A stretch of 42,827 bases of DNA from Octopus sinensis. Taxonomy: Eukaryota. Made by a program: the position numbers and the translations under genes. The stretch's first letter is position 1; every line of letters starts with the position of its first letter. The notes below the pieces were generated by a model. It saw only the letters and a program-made list of their open reading frames with translations, had not been told where the DNA came from and made no database searches. The stretch spans positions 1 through 42,827 of the forward strand of contig NW_021834074.1 in assembly GCF_006345805.1 (NCBI RefSeq), given 5' to 3'. Of this stretch, positions 12,762 through 21,545 are shown piece after piece.

Positions 12762-12797
12762 CTTTCTGTGGAAGATTGTAGGCTCGAAACGTAAAAG
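12762..12797 (+). ncRNA. degenerate minimal hammerhead-like motif
   Basis: CTTT-CTGTGGA-A-GATTgtagGCTC-GAAAC-GTA-AAAG has the same layout as 13186-13220, but with A6>U and a broken stem II. Confidence 0.4.
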
Positions 12798-13043
12798 TCT
12801 TTTTCAATTCCCGAGCGTTATACTAATACATATGTTTGTTTTCTACACGACCTGCCTTCGTCTTTTGTTTTTTTCGTGAAATCTCCCCATATATCACACG
12901 CTCACGTGTGTCCTGTCCCCTCTTATCACCTACGAACTTCTCCACTGGACTTTCTACCTTTCTACCCTTTACGGATTCTCTTTTGGACATTTTACACTCC
13001 GGCTGCATCTCTCCTACCTATGGATTATTCTGGACTCAACTTT

Positions 13044-13114
<71 letters not shown>

Positions 13115-13185
13115 TTAATAGATATAACCACATGTGAATCGTTGGCGACTTTCTTACTCCGTCTTCCTTTTTATTGGACTTTCCT

Positions 13186-13220
13186 GTTTCTGAAGAAGAG
13201 CTTTGCTCGAAACGTTAAAC
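13186..13220 (+). ncRNA. minimal type I hammerhead ribozyme (Penelope-type)
   Basis: GTTT-CTGAAGA-A-GAGCtttGCTC-GAAAC-GTT-AAAC: 4-bp stem I (GTTT/AAAC), core with one extra A, 4-bp stem II, palindromic AACGTT stem III. Confidence 0.7.
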
Positions 13221-13567
13221 CGTCATTGTTTCCTTGATTGAGCGTCTGCTAATACATTACATGTACCACGACCTGGTGCTATTGTTTTTGTGGTTCTTCG
13301 TTTTTGGGGAATTTACGATATATGTATGTACTTATATATTATATATATATGTATATATTGGTAAAACGGTAAGATAACAAAAGAAAGAAAGAGACCTCAA
13401 TATTATGTAAATAGAGGAAATTTATCTATAAAATAATATGTTACATTACTCGATAGTCAAGATAAAACTTTGAGTTTCAAATGCTATTTGAAAATAGCCA
13501 AGAACCGAGAGATGCGGGCGTGGATTCCCACTTTCGGCATCTGAAACTATCGAGTAATGTAACATAT

Positions 13568-13624
<57 letters not shown>

Positions 13625-13740
13625 AATATATACATATATATATATATGTATATATATATATTTGGTGTATTGTATGAATATATATCTATATACACACATA
13701 TATATATTTGTGCGTTTGTGTATATATATATATATATTAT

Positions 13741-13788
<48 letters not shown>

Positions 13789-14352
13789 AGGTGGTTCACC
13801 ACAACGGTCACAGTCTGAAACAAGTAAAAGAATAATAGAATAAAAGAATATACATATGGGTGTGGTCGTCGCACGTGCGTGTATGAGCGTTTGTGTGTAG
13901 AATGTACAAATGAGTTATATGTCCAGCGCTAATATCAATAAATCATGGTCAGCAGCTTGGCCAATTTCTAACCGTAGAGAGGAAAGTGAAAATGAGATAG
14001 AGGAGGAGAGAGAGAGTTTGAGAGTTTGAGAGAGAAAGAAAGAGAGATGTGCGGATGAATAGAGGAGAGAGAAATGGAGAGAAAAAGAAAGAGAGAGAGA
14101 GGAGGAAAGAGAGAGGGCGGGAGATATTGAGGGTCCGAAGATGACCTGAAAGGATAACCTTAAGCCAAAAGGCCGAAGTACAATATTTACATTTGCAGGA
14201 TTTTAATTAGGAATGTACTGTACTGTAGATAAATATGTGTCGTTTTGTACGACGCACTGATTTTGCCATTCACCCAGCTGAAGACAATTCTTCAAATACA
14301 GAATAAAAACTATATATCTGCTAGCAGATCCCAGTAGTAATACCCACTTTTC

Positions 14353-14520
14353 AGGTGCAAGAGTACCTATGTGTTAAGTAGCTTCCTTACCAACCACATG
14401 GTTCCGAGTTCAGTCCCACCGCGTGGCACCTTGAGCCAGTGTCTTCTACTATAGCCTCGGACCCAGCAAAACCTTGTGAGTAGATTTGGTTGACGAAAAG
14501 TGTAAGAAGCTCGTCGTATC
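14353..14520 (+). mobile_element. SINE family A, 5' half
   Basis: TAAGTAGCTTCCTTACCAACCACATGGTTCCGAGTTCAGTCCC...GAAGCTCGTCGTA. It runs into a TA tract that abuts array 1. Confidence 0.8.
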
Positions 14521-14840
14521 TATGAATATATATATATATATATATGTATATCCGTAATAATGAAGGGTGAAATTAATTAATTTGGAAAATTATCAATTAC
14601 ACCAAGTAGTCTTCGGCATGTAAAAGCCTCATTCGAGGAAAATTTAAGTAATACTAAGCAATAAGGTTTAGCAACGAGTTGCCTTACCACATACCGAATT
14701 TAGAAATAGCAGTCAAAGGGTTATAGCTATTTCTTCTACTAAAAAGGGGAGATCTCATAAAAACAGCATTTGGAAGGCAGACACAAACAGGTAAGAGAGA
14801 ATGAATTGACTGCAATCTATCATACATTTTTTTTTTTTTT

Positions 14841-14960
14841 TAGTTATCCACGGACGTACGTTTCGAAATCAAGTTTTAAGGAAAGCATAAGAACAATATT
14901 AATATTAATAATAAATAATCTATCTTACGAAACTTCTTTTCTCTTCAGCGTAGAATACTA
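14841..14960 (-). ncRNA. type I hammerhead ribozyme, inverted arm of array 1 (intact)
   Basis: Minus strand reads TAGTATTCTACG-CTGAAGA-GAAAAGAAGTTT...AAACTTGATTTC-GAAAC-GTAC-GTC-CGTGGATAACTA. Predicted cleavage between 14853 and 14852. Confidence 0.85.
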
Positions 14961-15661
14961 TATCATAAATGATTATATATTGAATTTTGAGATACCAGAA
15001 GGCACCAACTCCACTCAGTATCAGAGCGAGCTAGAATCCGCAACTGGTATCACCGAATTCAATTGTGAATGAAACGATTGTGTCAACACCCCTTCACACC
15101 CGCGTGTAGCCAAAACAAGATGCTGTGGTCATCTACTGAGATAAAATATGGTTATCCGTAATAATGAAGGGTGAAATTAATTAATTTGGAAAAATATCAA
15201 TTACACCAAGTAGTCTTCGGCATGTAAAAGCCTCATTCGAGGAAAATTTAAGTAATACTAAGCAATAAGGGTTTAGCAACGGAATTGCTAGAAGGGGCTG
15301 GTGACACATCTTTTCATTCAAACATTGAATTTGGTGATACTCGTTGCTAAACCCTTATTGCTTAGTATTACTTAAATTTTCCTCGAATGAGGCTTTTACA
15401 TGCCGAAGACTACTTGGTGTATTGATAATTTTTCAAATTAATTATTTCACCCTTCATTATTACGGATAACCATATTTTATCTCAGTAGATGACCACAGCA
15501 TCTTGTTTTGGCTACACGCGGGTGGGAAGGGGCTGTTGACACAATCGTTTCATTCACAAATTGAATTCGGTGATACCAGTTGCGGATTCTAGCTCGCCTG
15601 ATACTGAGTGGAGTTGGTGCCTTCTGGTATCTCAAAATTCAAATATAATCATTTATGATTA

Positions 15662-15780
15662 TAGTATTCTACGCTGAAGAGAAAAGAAGTTTCGGTAAGA
15701 TAGAATTATTTATTATTTAATTTTATTTTAGTTCTTATGCTTTCCTTAAAACTTGATTTCGAAACGTACGTCCGGGATAA
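15662..15780 (+). ncRNA. type I hammerhead ribozyme, array 1 copy A
   Basis: CTGAAGA at 15674-15680, GAAACGTACGTC at 15761-15772. The 3' strand of stem I has small deletions (CGGGATA). Confidence 0.75.
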
Positions 15781-16264
15781 AAAAAAAAAAATGTATGATA
15801 GATTGCAGTCAATTCATTCTCTCTTACCTGTTTGTGTCTGCCTTCCAAATGCTGTTTTTACTGAGATCTCCCTTTTAAGTAGAAGAAATAGCTATAACCC
15901 TTTGACTGCTATTTCTAAATTCGGTATGTGGTAAGGCAACTCGTTGCTAAACCCTTATTGCTTAGTATTACTTAAATTTTCCTCGAATGAGGCTTTTACA
16001 TGCCGAAGACTACTTGGTGTAATTGATAATTTTTCCAAATTAATTAATTTCACCCTTCATTATTACGGATAACCATATTTTATCTCAGTAGATGACCACA
16101 GCATCTTGTTTTGGCTACACGCGGGTGGGAAGGGGCTGTTGACACAATCGTTTCATTCACAAATTGAATTCGGTGATACCATTGCGGATTCTAGCTCGCT
16201 CTGATACTGAGTGGAGTTGTGGCTTCTGGTATCTCAAAATTCAATATATAATCATTTATGATTA

Positions 16265-16389
16265 TAGTATTCTACGCTGAAGAGAAAAGAAGTTTCGGTA
16301 AGATAGAATTATTTATTATTTAATATTTAATATTTAGTTCTTATGCTTTCCTTAAAACTGATTTCGAAACGTACGTCCGTGGATAACTA
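16265..16389 (+). ncRNA. type I hammerhead ribozyme, array 1 copy B (core intact)
   Basis: Stem I TAGTATTCTACG/CGTGGATAACTA (12 positions, 1 G.U, 2x2 internal loop). CTGAAGA at 16277-16283. 82-nt stem II closed by G-C. GAAAC, palindrome ACGTACGT, GUC triplet at 16375-16377. Confidence 0.88.
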
Positions 16390-16875
16390 AAAAAAAAAAA
16401 AAAAATGTATGATAGATTGCAGTCATTCATTCTCTCTTACCTGTTTGTGTCTGCCTTCCAAATGCTGTTTTTACTGAGATCTCCTTTTTAGTAGAAGAAT
16501 AGCTATAACCCTTTGACTGCTATTTCTAAATTCGGTAATGTTGTAAGGCAACTCGTTGCTAAACCCTTATTGCTTAGTATTACTTAAATTTTCCTCGAAT
16601 GAGGCTTTTACATGCCGAAGACTACTTGTGTAATTGATAATTTTTCCAAATTAATTAATTTCACCCTTCATTATACGGATAACCATATTTTATCTCAGTA
16701 GATGACCACAGCATCTTGTTTTGGCTACACGCGGTGGGAAGGGGCTGTTGACACAATCGTTTCATTCACAAATTGAATTCGGTGATACCAGTTGCGGATT
16801 CTAGCTCGCTCTGATACTGAGTGGAGTTGGTGCCTTCTGGTATCTCAAAATTCAATATATAATCATTTATGATTA

Positions 16876-16997
16876 TAGTATTCTACGCTGAAGAGAAAAG
16901 AAGTTTCGGTAAGATAGAATTATTTTTATTAATATTTATATTTAGTTCTTATGCTTTCCTTAAAACTTGATTTAAAACGTACGTCCGTGGATAACTA
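16876..16997 (+). ncRNA. type I hammerhead ribozyme, array 1 copy C (core disrupted as written)
   Basis: CTGAAGA at 16888-16894, but TTTCGAAAC reads TTTAAAAC, so C11.1 and G12 are lost. GTACGTC is retained. Confidence 0.6.
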
Positions 16998-17481
16998 AAA
17001 AAAAAAAAATGTATGATAGATTGCAGTCAATTCATTCTCTCTTACCTGTTTGTGTCTGCCTTCCAAATGCTGTTTTTACTGAGATCTCCCTTTTTAGTAG
17101 AAGAAATAGCTATAACCCTTTGACTGCTATTTCTAAATTCGGTATGTGGTAAGGCAACTCGTTGCTAAACCCTTATGCTTAGTATTACTTAAATTTTCCT
17201 CGAATGAGGCTTTTACATGCCGAAGACTACTTGGTGTAATTGATAATTTTTCCAAATTAATTAATTTCACCCTTCATTATTACGGATAACCATATTTTAT
17301 CTCAGTAGATGACCACAGCATCTTGTTTTGGCTACACGCGGGTGGGAAGGGGCTGTTGACACAATCGTTTCATTCACAATTGAATTCGGTGATACCAGTT
17401 GCGGATTCTAGCTCGCTCTGATACTGAGTGGAGTTGGTGCCTTCTGGTATCTCAAAATTCATATATAATCATTTATGATTA

Positions 17482-17608
17482 TAGTATTCTACGCTGAAGA
17501 GAAAAGAAGTTTCGGTAAGATAGAATTATTTATTATTTAATATTTAATATTTAGTTCTTATGCTTTCCTTAAAACTTGATTTCGAAACGTAACGTCCGTG
17601 GATAACTA
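17482..17608 (+). ncRNA. type I hammerhead ribozyme, array 1 copy D
   Basis: CTGAAGA at 17494-17500, GAAACGTAACGTC at 17584-17596 (one extra A in the stem III loop), stem I intact. Confidence 0.8.
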
Positions 17609-17837
17609 AAAAAAATGTATGATAGATTGTGCAGTCAATTCATTCTCTCTTACCTGTTTGTGTCTGCCTTCCAAATGCTGTTTTTACTGAGATCTCCCTT
17701 TTTAGTAGAAGAAATAGCTATAACCCTTTGACTGGCTATTTCTAATTCGGTATGTGGTAAGGCAACTCGTTGCTAACCCTTATTGCTTATATTATGTATA
17801 TATATATATTATATATATATATATATATCATATATAT

Positions 17838-17877
<40 letters not shown>

Positions 17878-18105
17878 CTATATATATATATATACATACA
17901 TACACACACACACACACACATATGTAAGTGATGGAGGGTGATAATTAGGCACCGCCTTTGCTAAAATACGATTTAAATTAACTCCAAAGCAACTAAAGCA
18001 CTATACTTATGACTAGTCTTACCCACCCGGTCATTTTGTGACCTCTATTATTTCTGCCATTAGGGCTTAATTGTTAATTACCTACCCCCTTTCATTTGTA
18101 TTTAC

Positions 18106-18164
<59 letters not shown>

Positions 18165-18304
18165 ATATATATATAATAATATATAACAATTTAGGAATGG
18201 CCTGAACAGGCCATTCGTCCACCAAAAGAGCAGCCATAACTCCAACCGCCAAGTAGTGTAATTCGGAAATAAGTGAAAATTTAAAAACATTTACCCTAAT
18301 TCAT

Positions 18305-18403
18305 CTTTTATACGATGCATCGTTTCGGTGTCTTTAATGATAGAACAGCTTAATTAAATTAAATTAAGCTAGTCTACCATAGGTCACACTTCATCAGTAA
18401 AAG
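18305..18403 (-). ncRNA. type I hammerhead ribozyme, array 2 copy 1
   Basis: Minus strand reads CTTTTA-CTGATGA-AGTGT...AGCTTAATT..AATTAAGCT...ACACC-GAAAC-GATGCATC-GTA-TAAAAG. Stem I is 6 bp, stem III is the palindrome ACGATGCATCGT, the triplet is GUA, and position 10.1-11.1 is an A.C mismatch. Confidence 0.8.
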
Positions 18404-18778
18404 AAACCTGGGAGAGACGGATATACACGAGGCTACTGTATCAATGCCTCGGGAATATCTGTCTTAAAATTTTCAAGACCAACGCATTCGCGCCAAACTT
18501 ATCGGCAGCAAATATAAACTGCCGATTCAATCTCAGAATTAGTCAGAAAATTATCAATTAATCAATTTAGGGTAGCAAAAAATTCAGTAAAAATTATCGC
18601 TACCAGCGGCCTAATGGAAAAGAGAAAATAGTTAAAGACTAAATATGTATAAATATAACAATTTAGGAATGGCCTGAACAGGCCATTCGTCCACCAGAAA
18701 GAGCAGCCATAACTCCACCCGCCAAGTAGTGTAATTCGGAAATAAGGTGAAAATTTAAAAACATTTACCCTAATTCAT

Positions 18779-18876
18779 CTTTTATACGATGCATCGTTTC
18801 GGTGTCTTTAATGATAGAACAGCTTAATTAAATTAATTAAGCTAGTCTACCATAGGTCACACTTCATCAGTAAAAG
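18779..18876 (-). ncRNA. type I hammerhead ribozyme, array 2 copy 2
   Basis: Same fold as copy 1 with a 63-nt stem II region. The predicted cleavage sites (18311/18310 and 18785/18784) are 474 nt apart. Confidence 0.8.
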
Positions 18877-19400
18877 AAACCTGGGAGAGACGGATATACA
18901 CGAGGCTACTGTATCAATGCCTCGGGAATATCTGTCTTAAAATTTTCAAGACCAACGCATTCGCGCCAACTTATGCGGCAGCAAATATAAACTGCCGATT
19001 CAATCTCAGAATTAGTCAGAAAATTATCAATTAATCATTTGGTAGCAAAAAATTCAGTAAAAATTTAATCGCTACCAGCGGCCTAATGGAAAAGAGAAAG
19101 AGTCAAAGGACTAAACTAAATATGTATAAATATAACAATTTAGGAATGCCTGAAACAGGCCATTCGTCCACCAGAAAGAGCAGCCATAACTCCAACCGCC
19201 AAGTAGTACGAATGGCCTGTTCAGGCCATTCCTAAATTGTTATATTTATATACATATTTAGTCTTTGACTATTTTCTCTGTTCATTAGGCCGCTGGTAGC
19301 GATAAATTTTTACTGAATTTTTTCTACCCTAAATTGATTAATATATATATATATATATAATATATATATAATAATATATATATATGTACATATATACATG

Positions 19401-19693
19401 TGTGAAGGCGCATGGCTTAGTGGTTAGGGTGTTGCATTCACGACTGTGAGATCGTGTTTTGATTCTCAGACTGGGCGTTGCGCTGTGTTCTTGAGTACAG
19501 GACTTCATTTCACGTTGCTCTGCGGTCATTTCGTAATCTAACATGTGGCACGTGTTGTACCTGTACAGGTAATGCCGATTTCATGGAGGGAATGCGTTCA
19601 TGTCTACAAAAACCTTTGATCCCTATAAATAAATAATGTGTGTGGTTGTTCGACAAGAAATTGCCCAACCCTATACAACGTCTAACGACGGGT
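19401..19693 (+). mobile_element. tRNA-derived SINE, family D
   Basis: TGTGAAGGCGCATGGCTTAGTGGTTAGGGTGTTG head (A-box TGGCTTAGTGG), degenerate B-box, then GTGTTCTTGAG..CTTCATTTCACGTTGCTC. Same head as 39240-39480. Confidence 0.75.
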
Positions 19694-19772
19694 GAGTCTA
19701 TTATGTATGTATGTATGTATGTATGTATGTATGTATGTATGTATGTATGTATGTATGTATGTATGTATGTAT

Positions 19773-19991
19773 GAGTATATGTCATTATTCAGTTTACGTC
19801 AAGATTTCTTGCCAATAGAGAAAGAACCGGTTTCTAACCTAGATCCAAGGGCCCTTCATTGGAATTTCAACATCAGCAATACGGTATTTTTGTTTGTTTG
19901 TATGTATGTATGCATGCATGCATGCAGGTATGTATGTATGTATGTATGTATGGATGTATGTATGTATGTATGTATGTATGTATGTATGTTA

Positions 19992-20053
<62 letters not shown>

Positions 20054-20290
20054 ATATGTGCAGATTTGTATGGTTTGCTTTATGTATGTATTCTCATCAT
20101 ATTAGTTGCACATCTAGACATGCTCATATATATTTAAATGATAAACTTCTGGAAAGTTTTACAGATTTTTACAGTTCCAGTGATGGACTGGATCTGTAGC
20201 CTTCGAATTAGCTTTCTCCTTTCTGGGTTTTGAGAAGCCTAATTTCTCAAGATTGATATTTAGGTATTGTGTTACACAACCCAACGTATG
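19773..20290 (-). mobile_element. 3' end of a non-LTR retrotransposon, probably RLE type (R4/Dong-like), embedded in (CATA)n
   Basis: Minus strand 20135-20215 encodes LIRRLQIQSITGTVKICKTFQKFII*. The putative 3' UTR at 19773-19890 recurs at 41100-41220. The clade call is from recalled similarity only. Confidence 0.5.
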
Positions 20291-20354
20291 TATGTATGAA
20301 TGCATGTATATATGAACGTATGTATGTATGTATGTATGTATGTATGTATGTATG

Positions 20355-20386
<32 letters not shown>

Positions 20387-20468
20387 GATAGATGGATGGA
20401 TGTGTGCATGTATGTATATATATGGATGGATTGATGGATGGATGGATGTAGTGATTGATCTCGTATAT

Positions 20469-20701
20469 CAGCGATTCTGAACCATTTTTGCTACCTGGGG
20501 ACGCCTTTAATTTCTCTTTTACTCAGGTGGGGCCATATAACCATTTGATCTTTACAAGATCCCATTATATTTTACATAACTGTATATCATTAGGGATTAT
20601 ATGAAAAAAATGTTAAAATATTCTGTATTGTAAAGGTACAACCAATTTATTGCACACAAATTTTAACGACAAGGGTCAGGTGAACCGGGTTGAGAATGCT
20701 T
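20469..20701. mobile_element. possible hAT-like MITE (about 230 bp)
   Basis: Ends CAGCGATTCTGAACC and GGTTGAGAATGCT form an imperfect inverted repeat resembling CAG.G.TTCTCAAC hAT termini. No clear 8-bp TSD. Confidence 0.35.
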
Positions 20702-20754
20702 TATCTATGTGGAAAACTACGGCCATATATTTAGCTTTATATATTGTTTTTCTT

Positions 20755-20812
20755 CTGTTCTTTTACTTGTTTCAGTCATTTTGACTACGGCCATGCTGGA
20801 GCACCGCCTTAA
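20755..20812 (-). mobile_element. SINE family A 3' fragment
   Basis: TTTTACTTGTTTCAGTCATTTTGACTACGGCCATGCTGGAGCACCGCC. Confidence 0.8.
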
Positions 20813-20825
20813 AGGAACTTGTCTA

Positions 20826-21545
20826 GGCGCAGGCGGGGCTGTGTAGTAAGAAGCTTGCTTCGCAACCACATGGTTCTGGGTTCAGTCCTACTGCATGGCG
20901 TCTTGGGCAAGTGTCTTCTATTATAGCGTAAGGCCGGCCAAAATCTTGTGAATTGACTTGGTAGACGGAAACTGAAAGAAGCCCGTCATATATACTTATG
21001 CATACATACATACATACATATATACTTTTTATCTTATATTAAACTTTTAATAATTTTGATAATTATATATATTTAATTAAAATAAATAAATAAATACATA
21101 AATAAATAAAAAATAAAAATAAAAATAAAAATATATATATATAAATTTATGAATATAAATTAATAATTTAAAATTTTTAACTTTAAATTTAAATAATTTA
21201 AATTTTGGATTTTATATTTTATATATTTTATATATTATATTAATTAATTTTATTTCTATGTTTTGGTTTATGTTTTTCACTGTTTGATTTGCCTAATAGT
21301 GGTTTTATCTCTAATTTATATATATATATATTTGTATGTATATGTTTGTGTGTCTGTGTTTATCCTCCCGCCCATCGCTTGACAAATGATGTTTGTGTGT
21401 TTGCGTGCCCGTAACTTTGCAGCTCGGCAAAAGGTAACGATAGAATAAGTACTAGGCTTACAAAGAATGAGTCCAGGAGGTCAATTCCTTCGACTAAAGT
21501 GTGTGATCCAGCATGGCCACAGTCAAATGCCTGAGACGTGATATA
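20826..21545 (+). mobile_element. SINE family A with an expanded internal AT-rich tract
   Basis: 5' half at 20826-20990 (GGCGCAGG..GGTTCAGTCC..GAAAGAAGCCCGTC) and 3' half at about 21345-21545 (..CCAGCATGGCCACAGTCAAATG), separated by about 350 bp of nearly pure A/T. Confidence 0.7.

Larger units (their letters stand above)
14549..17789 (+). mobile_element. array 1: hammerhead-containing tandem repeat (about 605-611 bp unit, 4 direct copies at 15342-17789) with a 733 bp inverted arm (14549-15281); retrozyme / Penelope-pLTR-like
   Basis: (C)GTTGCTAAA recurs at 15342, 15942, about 16554, about 17160 and about 17769. 14549-15281 is the reverse complement of about 15342-16071. Flanked by (TA)n on both sides. 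No protein-like ORF. Confidence 0.85.
18181..19342 (-). mobile_element. array 2: hammerhead-containing tandem repeat (about 474 bp unit, 2.2 copies at 18181-19207) with a 135 bp inverted arm (19208-19342); retrozyme / Penelope-pLTR-like
   Basis: ATATAACAATTTAGGAATG recurs at 18181, 18653 and 19130. 19208-19342 is the reverse complement of about 19030-19167. Flanked by (TA)n on both sides. Confidence 0.85.

Noticed and set aside
15981-16016. Second hammerhead-like motif in the array 1 unit (CCTCGAATGA-GGC..GCC-GAAGAC)
   Set aside because: Both core halves deviate from CUGANGA and GAAA, and no convincing stem I or III forms.
15342-17789. CRISPR-like or prokaryotic repeat interpretation of the tandem arrays and SINE clusters
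   Set aside because: Units are hundreds of bp with no unique spacers and no cas genes, and the context is eukaryotic.
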